Positions 46,595-56,360 of a stretch of DNA of 64,000 nucleotides are shown piece by piece. The position numbers and the translations under genes were made by a program. Below the pieces are notes generated by a model that saw only the letters and a program-made list of their open reading frames with translations, was not told the DNA's origin and searched no databases. The number at the start of each line of letters is the position of its first letter. Position 1 is the first letter of the stretch. The stretch is from Candidatus Aenigmatarchaeota archaeon (GTDB lineage: Archaea > Aenigmatarchaeota > Aenigmatarchaeia > GW2011-AR5 > JAHLMP01), in NCBI GenBank assembly GCA_018920315.1, contig JAHLMP010000002.1, positions 48,075 to 112,074 of the forward strand, given 5' to 3'.

Positions 46595-48727
46595 TTATTT
46601 TGATTTATCACTCTTAGAATTCTTCTTATCGCTTGAATTTGTATTTGAATTTATCTTATTCTTGTCAAGCCAATCTTTCTTTGTAGGACAATTTATATCT
46701 AAACACATTCTAAAAGGTCTTGCCCCTTCTCTAGAAACTTGTATAATAGGAGTTTTGCAATCTTCGCATATTTTTCCTGTTGCTACTATTGTTCCATCTT
46801 TTGGTAATGGAAAAGCTAAATTACAACCTTTTTTGTAATTGCTACAGCCCACAAATCTCTTGCCAGTATTCCACATTTTAAATATCTTTAATGTTCCTCC
46901 GCACTTAGGGCAAGTTCCTAGCGTAGAGTATTTGTCTTGAGATTCTATCAAAGCCTTTGTCAATTCTTCTCCTATCTTATTTTCTATCCTTTTTATCTTT
47001 TCAGAAATTTCTATTATTTTCTTTTTTGCTTCTTCCAAAACCTCTTCTCTTTTTTTCTCCCCACTTTCTACTAAGTCGCACTCTTCTTCAAATTTTCTTG
47101 TCAATTCTTCAGAAACTATTTCCTTTATATTTTTTTCCAATATTTCTGCAAGCTTTAGTCCAAAGTCAGTAACTTCGATAGATTTCCCAACCAAATAACC
47201 TCTATTATAAAGAATTTGAAGAATTATCGCTCTTGTTGCTTTTGTTCCTAAGCCACGAGCTTCCATCTCTTTTAAGATCGATCCTTGTGAATATCTAGCT
47301 GGTGGTTGTGTTTGCTTTTCAAGCTTTATTACTTTTACTATGGAAATCTCTTCTCCCTTTTCAATTTCTGGTAATTCTACATCTTCTCTTTTTCCATATG
47401 GACCATAAAGCAATAGCCAGCCGGGAGAGATCGTCTTTACTCCACTCAAAGAGAATTTCATGCCATTTACATTTAGCAAGATTTTTACGCCTTCTCTTTT
47501 TGCAGGATCTCCAAATATTGCTAGAAATCTATGTACTATTAAATCATAAACCTTTTGCTGCCTATCTCCAAGCTTTTTAGGTACTTCGTGCGTCGGGTAT
47601 ATAGCTGGATGTGCAGGATCAGTTTTACTACCTTCATTTGGCTTGAGTTCTTTCTTTTCAAGCAATATTTCAGCAAGCTTTTTATATTTAGAAATATTAC
47701 CAAGATTTTGCAATATCCTTCTATAATTTATATCTTCTGGCAATTTCTCACTAGAAGTTCTAGGATAGCTTATGTATCCAGATTGATATAGAGCTTCAGC
47801 TATTTGCATCGCTTGCATCGCTGTATAGCCAAAATATCTATTGATATCTGCTAACAAAGAAGTTGTGTTATAAGGCTTAGGAGGTTTTTGTATTATTGTT
47901 CTTTTCTTTATTTCTACAATTTTAGCTTTTTTCACATCTTTCAAGCTGTTAATTATTTTTTCAGCTTCTTCTTTGCTCCATACCTTATCTTTTTCAAAAT
48001 CAGCAACGAATTTTTCTTTTCCTATCTTTACTTCTAATTTTATTTCCCAAAAAGTTTTTGGCTTAAATTCCCGAATCTTTTTTTCATGCCTTGCTAGTAT
48101 CGCAAGCGTTGGTCCTTGAACCCTTCCTGTAGATACTATTCTAAATCTCTTTCCTACAGATTTCATTGCATTTGTTAAAGCCCTTGTAAAGTTTATTCCA
48201 AAATACCAATCAAGCATATGTCTAGTATAGCCAGCTTCAACAAGATTCTTATTTAATGTTGGAGAAATATTCTTGAAGCTCTCTAGCAATTCCTCTTTTG
48301 TCATTGTAGAGAATTTCATTCTTTTAGCATCTTCTCTCTTGCAAATGAATTTTAAGATGTTGGCACCAATAACTTCGCCTTCTTCATCATAATCTGTAGC
48401 AATTATGAAATCGCTCGCTCCTTTTGCTAAAGCTTCTATATTTTTAAAAAATTTTTCAGAGAATTTTGAAACCTTAAAAGTATAGCTTGGAACCCATTCC
48501 ACATCGAATCTTGGATAATCCCAACCCTTAGAGCTTTGCTTTAGCATAAATAAATGACCAGCAGCAGGAGCAACTACAAACTTTTTTCCTTCTCTATTTA
48601 TTTCGTAATATTTTACACCATTATTATCGAATTCTTTAACTTCTCCTTCTGCCAAAGCTTTCGCAAGCGTTTTTGCTGCTGTTGGTTTTTCTGTAACAAT
48701 TAAGGTGTAGCTCATCTTATCAACCAA
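46595..48727 (-). CDS. topA: DNA topoisomerase, type IA, with C-terminal zinc ribbons
   Basis: Toprim LIVTEKPTAAK and ATDYDEEGE; active-site GYISYPRTSSE; C-terminal CPKCGG...C..C fingers; Lys-rich tail. Confidence 0.85.
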   Translation of the reverse strand: MVDKMSYTLIVTEKPTAAKTLAKALAEGEVKEFDNNGVKYYEINREGKKFVVAPAAGHLFMLKQSSKGWDYPRFDVEWVPSYTFKVSKFSEKFFKNIEALAKGASDFIIATDYDEEGEVIGANILKFICKREDAKRMKFSTMTKEELLESFKNISPTLNKNLVEAGYTRHMLDWYFGINFTRALTNAMKSVGKRFRIVSTGRVQGPTLAILARHEKKIREFKPKTFWEIKLEVKIGKEKFVADFEKDKVWSKEEAEKIINSLKDVKKAKIVEIKKRTIIQKPPKPYNTTSLLADINRYFGYTAMQAMQIAEALYQSGYISYPRTSSEKLPEDINYRRILQNLGNISKYKKLAEILLEKKELKPNEGSKTDPAHPAIYPTHEVPKKLGDRQQKVYDLIVHRFLAIFGDPAKREGVKILLNVNGMKFSLSGVKTISPGWLLLYGPYGKREDVELPEIEKGEEISIVKVIKLEKQTQPPARYSQGSILKEMEARGLGTKATRAIILQILYNRGYLVGKSIEVTDFGLKLAEILEKNIKEIVSEELTRKFEEECDLVESGEKKREEVLEEAKKKIIEISEKIKRIENKIGEELTKALIESQDKYSTLGTCPKCGGTLKIFKMWNTGKRFVGCSNYKKGCNLAFPLPKDGTIVATGKICEDCKTPIIQVSREGARPFRMCLDINCPTKKDWLDKNKINSNTNSSDKKNSKSDKSK

Positions 48728-48732
48728 GAAAT

Positions 48733-49020
48733 TTATTTTATTTCTATTTTTTTAATCCTAAATCCCTCACCAACAATATGTTTCTTTCCGCAAACATTAC
48801 ACTTGTAGCGTAGATCAACTTTTTTTGTTGGCTTCTCTCTTCCTTGTGGGTTTGGTTTCGGAAAAGACCCATAACCTTTTAGCTTTCTTTCAAAGCTTCT
48901 TTGAGATTTAGAATTCTTACTTCTGGGCCTTTTTTTAACTATCTCTACGGTATGCTCTGTATGCTTCTTGCAAAATGGACAAAACTTTCTTTGTGTTTTT
49001 GGCATTATCATCTTACTCAC
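48733..49020 (-). CDS. rpl44e: ribosomal protein L44e
   Basis: [10 protein letters not shown]...C..CGKK zinc-binding pattern; about 95 aa, basic. Confidence 0.8.
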   Translation of the reverse strand: MSKMIMPKTQRKFCPFCKKHTEHTVEIVKKRPRSKNSKSQRSFERKLKGYGSFPKPNPQGREKPTKKVDLRYKCNVCGKKHIVGEGFRIKKIEIK

Positions 49021-49078
49021 TTTTAATCAATTTCTAACATTTCTCAAATTTATATATTTAACTATTTCTTCAATTTAT

Positions 49079-49597
49079 TTACTCTTCCTCGATTTTGCAA
49101 TATCCATATTTTATCAGTAAATTCTTTAAATCTTCTGGTAGTATTACCTTTTCTCCTTTTTTTAAATTATAAATCTTTAAATCTGTTCCGACAAAAGGTC
49201 CAATATCTCTTTCTACAACAATAGCTTTTATCTTTTTAGATTCATCCTCTTTTAATTTTTCATTTTTAATATTTTTTTCCTCTGGCTGCAGTTCGCTCTC
49301 TATATAATTTTTTCTAAAGTTTGATACATAGCTAAGAATGGATTCAAACAATTCTCTTTCTTCTACTGTCATATTTTTTGGAATTTCTTTTGTTTTGAAA
49401 TAGTTTATAGCAAAATTTAGAATCTTTCTTATTCTCATGTCTACTAAGTCTTCAATAACAAATCTTGAATAACTATCTTTAGTTCTTGCAAGATACTCTT
49501 TTGCATCTTGAAAAAAATTTTTTGGAAGTTCTTGAAGATTCTTGCTATTTTTTTCATTCCATTGCAACTCTCTTATCTTTTCAAATGTTAGAATCAT
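49079..49597 (-). CDS. GINS subunit (Gins15/Gins51-like)
   Basis: A-domain pattern FEKIRELQ...ELPKNFFQDAKEYL...RIRKILNFA...MTVEERELFESI, then a small beta-rich B-domain. Lies directly downstream of the primase, the conserved archaeal pairing. Confidence 0.5.
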   Translation of the reverse strand: MILTFEKIRELQWNEKNSKNLQELPKNFFQDAKEYLARTKDSYSRFVIEDLVDMRIRKILNFAINYFKTKEIPKNMTVEERELFESILSYVSNFRKNYIESELQPEEKNIKNEKLKEDESKKIKAIVVERDIGPFVGTDLKIYNLKKGEKVILPEDLKNLLIKYGYCKIEEE

Positions 49598-49682
49598 AAC
49601 TTATCACATTTTAAATTTATTTGCTGAAAAAATTTTCCTATGATAAGTAAGAGGATTGCAAATTCTTAAAATTTTATTAGAT

Positions 49683-51122
49683 TTATAATAAACTATCTTT
49701 ATGATATCTCATTTGATGCATTTTCAAGCCTTTCTCATTTTTGAATCTTCTGTTACAAATTCTACAAATATATAACTCTTTTTCGATAGTTTCTTCTTTT
49801 TTTCCCATCTTTATTATTTTCATTGGATAATTCATTGGATTTTTAATCTCTTTACAAATTTCATCTGGCGTGCAAATCCCAATGCTTTTATAGAATAAAT
49901 CGCTTTCACAATTAGAAGGAAATACTCTTTCTTGGCGAAAATGCCAATTTAGCTGAGAGTTTATAAAGCTAAAAGGAAGGCTTGGAATGTTTTTTCTGTT
50001 CCATTCATCAAGTTTTGCTTCAATTTCTTCTTTGCTCCAATTCATCATTCTTAGAAATGAGATTAATGTAAAACTACTCCTTTTCTTGCCATCATGCAAC
50101 CCCTTTAATATATTTTTAATGCATGGTGGGAATAATCTTTCTGGAACCTTTTTCATTAAAACTTCTTCGCCTTTATATTTCTTTTCTTTTTTAATTTCTC
50201 TTATGCTTTTTTCTATTTTCGCGCTCCACTCTAATGCATCTATCAATAAGTTTATAGCTTCTTTTTCATCACAACTTTTTAGAAAATCATCACATCTTTT
50301 TACTTTGCTTATTTTTGCTTTTTCGATATCAAACTCATCTAAACTTTTTATAGGAATAGATGCTAACCATGTTTTTTCATTTATAGAAAAAGGCGCCCTA
50401 AATAGGTGACGATCTCCCCAACCCCTTTCAACATCTACCCAAACAAATGCATCTAACTTTTCTGTTGGCAAAACTTCGAAAAGCTTTTTTAATGAATATT
50501 TTTCTACAAGCTTTTCTAAAAGCTCGTCTTTTATTTTTTCTCTGATAAACTCTGATAAAATTTTAGGAATTCTTGGATATTGATTTGCAAGTTTCTCATA
50601 GTTTATCTCTTCTGGAAAAGCTTCGAAAGGCACGATTATATGAAATCCTCTAGAGCCTGAGAATTTTATCCCATAGCTTTTTATCCCATAGCTTTTTAGA
50701 AGATTACAAACTAAATTGGCGCATATTTTAGCAGCCTCTATCCCTATCTTTGAGTCAATATCAATTAAAAAATCAAATCCATTTCTTAGTTCATTATAAT
50801 TTCTTTTATCAATTGAAAGAAGCATAGGATTTTTCCATCTTTCTACAGAGCAATGAAATGATGTTATTCCATCTTCAATCATATGAATAATGTCAGAAGG
50901 GTATTGTACAATGCTTGGCCTTTTGCTATAAGCGCCATTAGAAAAAGCGCCAACAAATTCTCTACCTTTTGCAATCTTCAAAAGCACTTCCAAAATATCT
51001 TCGCGAGAATAATATTCTAAAATATCTTCTCTTCTTGGCATCGGTTGCTTTATTCTTTCTATTTCAGAGGTAATTTTATTCGAATTTATGTTTGTCTTTG
51101 TATTTGAGTTTTCTTCTTCCAT
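49683..51122 (-). CDS. single-polypeptide DNA primase: PriS catalytic domain fused to PriL C-terminal Fe-S domain, with terminal C2H2 zinc finger
   Basis: PriS motifs GFDFLIDIDS and FSGSRGFHIIVPFE. PriL-CTD-like ILKGLHDGKKRSSFTLISFLRMMNWSKEEIEAKL with 4 Cys (PPC, NCES, GIC, EIC). C-terminal CRICNRRFKNEKGLKMHQMRYH. Confidence 0.7.
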   Translation of the reverse strand: MEEENSNTKTNINSNKITSEIERIKQPMPRREDILEYYSREDILEVLLKIAKGREFVGAFSNGAYSKRPSIVQYPSDIIHMIEDGITSFHCSVERWKNPMLLSIDKRNYNELRNGFDFLIDIDSKIGIEAAKICANLVCNLLKSYGIKSYGIKFSGSRGFHIIVPFEAFPEEINYEKLANQYPRIPKILSEFIREKIKDELLEKLVEKYSLKKLFEVLPTEKLDAFVWVDVERGWGDRHLFRAPFSINEKTWLASIPIKSLDEFDIEKAKISKVKRCDDFLKSCDEKEAINLLIDALEWSAKIEKSIREIKKEKKYKGEEVLMKKVPERLFPPCIKNILKGLHDGKKRSSFTLISFLRMMNWSKEEIEAKLDEWNRKNIPSLPFSFINSQLNWHFRQERVFPSNCESDLFYKSIGICTPDEICKEIKNPMNYPMKIIKMGKKEETIEKELYICRICNRRFKNEKGLKMHQMRYHKDSLL

Positions 51123-51212
51123 ATTAAATTGAGTCGAATCAATTTTTTAATTAGTTAAGAATTTTTAATTAGTGATAATAAAATCAAAAATGAAATTAAT
51201 AAATTTTTCTTT

Positions 51213-52238
51213 TTACTTTTCTTTTTCTACCTGTTCTTCTAACTCTTTAGCCTTTCTTTCAACCTCCTCCTCTATTCCTAAAGCTTGTGCTATCTCTTTA
51301 TATCTATTTCTTATTGTTACTTCTGTTACGCCAACAATGTCAGCTATTTCTCTTTGTGTTCTTCTTTCACCATTTAATACAGATGCTATATAAATTGCTG
51401 CAGCAGCACAACCACAAGGGCCTTTACCAGAAACAACCTCCTTTTTCAAAGCCTTTTTCAATATCTCTGCTGCCTTAACTTCTGTACTTTCCTTTAATTG
51501 AAGCAAAGACGCAAATCTTGGAATGTAAGATTCGGCGGAAGAAGGAACTATTCTTAGCTTAAGCTTTCTTGAAATGTATCTATAAGTTCTTCCCAGCTCT
51601 CTTTTAGATATTCCAGTAGCTTGTGAAATTTCTGCTAAAGTTCTTGGACTTTTATACTCTCTTGATAAAGCATAAACCAAAGAAGCAATAATAGATTCTA
51701 TTGATCTCCCTCTAATCAAACCTTTTTCTAAAGCTTTTTCATAAAGTTCTGAAACCTCTTCATGCAATGTTTTAGGCAGCCCTAAGAATGAGACTAATCT
51801 TTCGAGCTCTCCTAGAGCAAATGAAAGATTTCTATCCTTAGAAGTAATCAATCTCTTTTGCCATTTTCTTAATCTGAAATATTGTCCTCTTTTCTTTATA
51901 GGCACCTTGAAAAGCTCTGTTGTTCCTCGACCTATTTCAGTAGTTAGGCCTTTATCATGGCGTTTCGCAGTTAGTGGCGCTCCAGTTCTACTTCTTCTTG
52001 ACATTTGCTCGCTATCAAAGGCGCGCCACTCTTGAGTAGTATCTATCATATATTCATCTAAAACAGCTCCACATTTTGCGCAAATAATTTCTCCACGATT
52101 AATATCTTCGTAAACATTAGTTGAGCCACAGTATTTGCACGTATTTTTACTTTCTTTTCCAAGCTCTACTTTTCTTTCTTTCTCTTTTTTATATTTTTTT
52201 CCAACTTTTCCATCACTTTTTTTATGTTTCTTAGCCAT
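51213..52238 (-). CDS. tfb: transcription initiation factor TFB with Lys-rich N-terminal extension
   Basis: Zn-ribbon CKYCGST...CAKCGAV, B-reader/linker, and two cyclin-fold repeats. Confidence 0.9.
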   Translation of the reverse strand: MAKKHKKSDGKVGKKYKKEKERKVELGKESKNTCKYCGSTNVYEDINRGEIICAKCGAVLDEYMIDTTQEWRAFDSEQMSRRSRTGAPLTAKRHDKGLTTEIGRGTTELFKVPIKKRGQYFRLRKWQKRLITSKDRNLSFALGELERLVSFLGLPKTLHEEVSELYEKALEKGLIRGRSIESIIASLVYALSREYKSPRTLAEISQATGISKRELGRTYRYISRKLKLRIVPSSAESYIPRFASLLQLKESTEVKAAEILKKALKKEVVSGKGPCGCAAAAIYIASVLNGERRTQREIADIVGVTEVTIRNRYKEIAQALGIEEEVERKAKELEEQVEKEK

Positions 52239-52459
52239 AATAACCCCGAAAAAAGAAAGTTGCTACTATTTAATACTGATTAATAACAAAAATTTGTATG
52301 TATATGTTTATTTTTCTTAGTATTTAAAGATTTCTATGCTAAAAAATATATATTTTACAATGCTATTTCCGATATATTTTTCTCTTCAAGACTTATTTTT
52401 TAATTTATTTTTTCAAATATTTCTAATAATTAAATTTAGCTTTACAAGGTTGAATATAT

Positions 52460-52675
52460 ATGAGTATTTCTCTACTATCTTGTAAGAAAATAGCAAAGAA
52501 AAGCGGAATAAAAAGAATTTCGAAGGATGCATTAGAAGATCTTAGAGATATTCTTGAAGATTATGCCAAAGAGGTAGCACTAAAAGCTTGGAGAATAGCG
52601 CAACATAGCGATCGTAATACATTGCTTAAGAAAGATGTTGAGTTAGCTATTGCTCTAAGTGAAAATAAAAAATAG
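52460..52675 (+). CDS. archaeal histone (HMf-like histone fold)
   Basis: 71 aa; KRISKDALEDLRDILEDYAKEVALKAWRIAQHSDRNTLLKKDVELAIAL matches the archaeal histone pattern. Confidence 0.8.
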   Translation: MSISLLSCKKIAKKSGIKRISKDALEDLRDILEDYAKEVALKAWRIAQHSDRNTLLKKDVELAIALSENKK

Positions 52676-52717
52676 TTTTTTGCTATTCAAGCCCATAGTT
52701 TTACTCATTTAACACCT

Positions 52718-53872
52718 TTAATATTCTTTTTTAAAACCATCTTTTGATATTGATACATCTAAGGGAACGATATTATCCCTTTTCCAGTTATTTTTTATTT
52801 TTCTTGCTATTTCTTTAGAAAATGTTATAGCAATGCCACAATCTCCTCCACCAGCGCCGCTAAGCTTTCCTGCACCACCAAGAGAGTTTGCTATTTCAGA
52901 AAGTTTTCTTAGCTTTTCGGTTTCTATATTTACATCTGCTCTTTTTCCAAGTTCGCGAAGATATTCTTCATTCTTTCTTATGAGCTCTAATATTTTCTTT
53001 TTATCCTCTTTTTTCCATGCTATTATCAAATTATTTACAAGAGAATTTACATTACTACAAAACGCTTTGTATTCTTCTTCTCCGCTCTTAGCTCGCCATT
53101 CATTAATTCTTTTTATCATCTCGCTTGTAGAAGCTTTTTCTCCAGTCCATCCAACTAGTAATTGAAAATCCTTAAGCATAGGAAGCCTTTCTATCTTAAA
53201 ATAAGGCCATTTTTTATCAACAATTTTCTTTAAATCTTCCTTAACCACTATTTTACCATTATTAATTTCGATCCTCTCATTTAGCCAGTTCGGATCAAAT
53301 CTATAATAAGCAAAAATTCCTCCATAGCAAGATGATGCAATATCGAATCCAGAGCCAAGCTTTCCTTGGGCAATATAATGCGCTATTGTTGCTAGCTTGT
53401 AAATTCTTTCTTTTGCATCTTCGCTTTCAATATCATGATTGTGAAATTTTAGAATTGATGCAATTGTAGCAACCGTGCAAGCTGCTGAAGAACCAAAACC
53501 AATTTTTATCAAGTTTTTGCCCATTTTTATGCTTGTGCCTTTACCCCAAGTTCTTATTTTAAAGGGCTTGAACTCTCTAATATATAGCAAAGCGATCTCT
53601 ATAGCTGCTTTAACAAACTTCATATATTCCTTTGTTTCTTTTTTAACTTTGCTAAAAATCTTTAACTCATTATCTTCGAATCTCGCCTCTATATTCTTAG
53701 TGCCAATCTCCTCAAAAGTTAGCAGAATTTTATTTTTTTCTTTTTTATTATTGATTTTATCTAATTCAACATAAACCCTTTTGTCAATAGAAGCCACTAT
53801 TCCTGGGTTTCCTAATTCAAGAATTGCCCATTCACCAGCAATAAACAATTTTCCTGGCGCTGATATTAACAT
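52718..53872 (-). CDS. GHMP kinase, phosphomevalonate-kinase-like (ERG8-type N-terminus)
   Basis: ISAPGKLFIAGEWAILE N-terminus and GFGSSAACTVATIASIL GHMP motif. Adjacent to the MVD-family gene. Confidence 0.55.
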   Translation of the reverse strand: MLISAPGKLFIAGEWAILELGNPGIVASIDKRVYVELDKINNKKEKNKILLTFEEIGTKNIEARFEDNELKIFSKVKKETKEYMKFVKAAIEIALLYIREFKPFKIRTWGKGTSIKMGKNLIKIGFGSSAACTVATIASILKFHNHDIESEDAKERIYKLATIAHYIAQGKLGSGFDIASSCYGGIFAYYRFDPNWLNERIEINNGKIVVKEDLKKIVDKKWPYFKIERLPMLKDFQLLVGWTGEKASTSEMIKRINEWRAKSGEEEYKAFCSNVNSLVNNLIIAWKKEDKKKILELIRKNEEYLRELGKRADVNIETEKLRKLSEIANSLGGAGKLSGAGGGDCGIAITFSKEIARKIKNNWKRDNIVPLDVSISKDGFKKEY

Positions 53873-53928
53873 TTTATCACATAATTACAATTTTTCCATC
53901 AAGAGTGCTAAAAATAATATTTCTAAAA

Positions 53929-53994
53929 TTCAAAATAAATGCTCATTCAATTCAAAATAAATGCTCATTCAATTCAAAATAAATGCTCATTCGT
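53929..53994. repeat. 3 x 22 bp perfect tandem direct repeat; copy 3 encodes the C-terminus plus stop of the MVD-family gene
   Basis: ttcaaaataaatgctcattcaa x 3; the last copy ends cg instead of aa. Confidence 0.9.
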
Positions 53995-54990
53995 AACCTT
54001 TGCATCGTCTCCTGGAGATGTTATAATAATGTTTTCTATTTCATTCACTTCTTTTATCCTTTCTACAATATCTTTTACAAATTCTTCTAAGCATAATATC
54101 TTAACTTGTGGACCAGCATCTATGGTAAAATAGCATTCTATCCCTTCTTCTCTTAATCTTAAGACAAGATTTATTATTTCAATCGTTGCTCCATTCCAAT
54201 ATATAATTGGTGGCTTTGTGGTTATCATTGTTGAATGCATTCTAAGGCAATTTAGCTCTGCTACACTTCCTACTAATTTGAAATCTTTTTCAATTATACC
54301 CTTTTTTACTAATCTTATATCCTCTTCAATGGTTTCAAGCCAAGCTTTATAGAAAGGAGATGTTAGAACAGTTTGCTTCATTCCAGCTCTACTCTTAATC
54401 TTCTTTTCCTTTGAAGATGTTATGCAAATAATTATTCTAAAATCAGGCCAATGTTCTTTAGTTGCTATTTGCTCAGCATAGCTATCTCTTCCATCTTCAA
54501 ATATTCCTTTTCTCCATTCCACAAAGCCCCCGTAGATTGATCTGCAAGCTGAGCCAGAGCCTAATCTTGCAAGAATGCTCAATTCCTTTTTACTTAGATT
54601 TAATTCTAAAGCTTCATTACATGCAAGCGCAAGAGCCGCAAAGCCAGAAGCTGATGATGCAAGCCCTGCTGCAGTAGGAAAATTGTTTCTAGAAACTATT
54701 TTTGCATTAAGATTTTTTGCTTTGTTTGGGTAAAGCTCTCTTAGCTTTTTCAAGAATCTTCCAACATATTCTTCGTATTCACTATCTTGAGTATTGATCT
54801 CTTTATCATTAATTATTATAATATCTCTTTTCAGATTTTCGCTAAATTCAACGGTTGTATGAGTATAAATCTTATCTAGAGTTACGCTTATGCTTGAATT
54901 GTATGGAAGTATGAGATCCTCGTTTCTTTTACCCCAATATTTAACTAATGCTATGTTAGAGTTTGCTATGGCGCTAGCCTTTTTTGTCAT
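53974..54990 (-). CDS. diphosphomevalonate decarboxylase family (MVD-like GHMP) protein
   Basis: SNIALVKYWGKRNE and PTAAGLASSASGFAALA motifs. Confidence 0.75.
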   Translation of the reverse strand: MTKKASAIANSNIALVKYWGKRNEDLILPYNSSISVTLDKIYTHTTVEFSENLKRDIIIINDKEINTQDSEYEEYVGRFLKKLRELYPNKAKNLNAKIVSRNNFPTAAGLASSASGFAALALACNEALELNLSKKELSILARLGSGSACRSIYGGFVEWRKGIFEDGRDSYAEQIATKEHWPDFRIIICITSSKEKKIKSRAGMKQTVLTSPFYKAWLETIEEDIRLVKKGIIEKDFKLVGSVAELNCLRMHSTMITTKPPIIYWNGATIEIINLVLRLREEGIECYFTIDAGPQVKILCLEEFVKDIVERIKEVNEIENIIITSPGDDAKVTNEHLF

Positions 54991-55060
54991 GATAGAAAAT
55001 TTAAGTGCAATATTTAAATTGATTTAAAGAACGCTAAAACATTATAAAGCAATTAAAGCA

Positions 55061-55588
55061 TTGATTTTGAAAATAAAATTAATGAAAAACAAGACTAAAA
55101 GAAATTTTCGTACTAAAGCAAAAAATTTTGCATATAGCATTGGAAATTCTTTCTTTTTAATAGGATTTGGAATATATGCAATACCTACAATAACTAGGAA
55201 AATCTTTGAAAAAGAAAATAAAGGCTTTGGAAAAGAAAATTTTGAAATAGTTTTCGGTTATATATCTGGTGCTGGAATTGGTGCATTAATATTAAAAGAT
55301 CAGATTAGTAGCTACATAGACGCTCTTGCTTATAGAGATTACTCTTCTCTTATGTTTCCTATCTTTACAAATATAATAAGCGCTGGGTATGAAACTCTAA
55401 GATTTATACGCTCGAGATTTTTTTATAGAAAAAATAAGAATGAGTTCACGGAAAACGAATTGAAAGAAATAGAAGATTTAAACGAATCATATGAGACAAA
55501 TAGATTATATGAGACATTTACATCAAGCGAAACAAATAGTTTTACACTTTCTAAATTTGATAGCGAGTTAATAAACAAACATTTTTAA
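55061..55588 (+). CDS. hypothetical membrane protein
   Basis: ORF with two predicted TM segments. Confidence 0.3.
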   Translation: MILKIKLMKNKTKRNFRTKAKNFAYSIGNSFFLIGFGIYAIPTITRKIFEKENKGFGKENFEIVFGYISGAGIGALILKDQISSYIDALAYRDYSSLMFPIFTNIISAGYETLRFIRSRFFYRKNKNEFTENELKEIEDLNESYETNRLYETFTSSETNSFTLSKFDSELINKHF

Positions 55589-55658
55589 AAATAAAATCAC
55601 AAAATTGAAGATATTCTAAAATCAAGCTTTGAGTTATATTACTAGCTTTTGCAATTCT

Positions 55659-56099
55659 CTAATTTTTGACCTTTTCCCACGATTCAATATCTCCAGTTAC
55701 TATCTTAAAAATCGGATTTACTTCTATTTCATTCCTTTTAATTTTTAAAAGTTCTCTATATTTCTTCTTATTTCTTTTTCTAAGCTTTCTCAAAAGATGT
55801 TCAAATTCATATTTTATTTGCTCAGAAGATACCGAAATTATTCCTTTAGCTTCTATTTGTAAAATCTTTTTATCATCAAATTTGTAATTCCTTCTTATAC
55901 CTTCTTTATATATCTCATATAAGTAAGCATTAATTGCAACCAAAGAATCTTTATAATTTTTAAATCTAATAAGCTGGGGATGATCTTTATAACCTTTTGT
56001 TTTTCCTTCAAGAACCTTCTTTGCAAGCAAGCTTTCTCTCCAAAGAGCTACTAAGCCGATACTGTCTAAATATTTTGGATGCAAAGACCAGAGGCGCAT
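55659..56099 (-). CDS. pyrimidine-dimer DNA glycosylase-like (Pyr_excise/DenV-like family) protein
   Basis: MRLWSLHPKYLDSIGLVALWRE N-terminus is characteristic of this family, by recollection. Confidence 0.5.
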   Translation of the reverse strand: MRLWSLHPKYLDSIGLVALWRESLLAKKVLEGKTKGYKDHPQLIRFKNYKDSLVAINAYLYEIYKEGIRRNYKFDDKKILQIEAKGIISVSSEQIKYEFEHLLRKLRKRNKKKYRELLKIKRNEIEVNPIFKIVTGDIESWEKVKN

Positions 56100-56192
56100 A
56101 TTTTTATTATATGGAATAAAATAAATTTTAATAAAAATTTTATCAAAAATAGTTTATGTTTTAATAAGAAATAGTTTATGTTTTAATGAAAA

Positions 56193-56317
56193 GCCCCGGT
56201 AGCTCAGTTGGTAGAGCGTTTGCATGGTAAGCAAAAGGTCGCGAGTTCGAGAAAAATATTTTAAATTTTTGAAAATCTTTTTCACACCTTAAATTTTCGA
56301 GAATCTCGCCCGGGGCT
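56193..56317 (+). tRNA. tRNA-Thr (anticodon GGT) with about 52-nt insertion in the T-loop
   Basis: Acceptor GCCCCGG/CCGGGGC with U73. D-arm GCTC-AGTTGGTA-GAGC. Anticodon arm TTTGC-ATGGTAA-GCAAA. T-stem GCGAG...CTCGC separated by about 59 nt. An 8-nt direct repeat ttcgagaa sits at the insertion borders. Confidence 0.7.
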
Positions 56318-56360
56318 TTAAAATTTCTTTTAATTCTCTTATTATGCTCCTCTTGGAATG

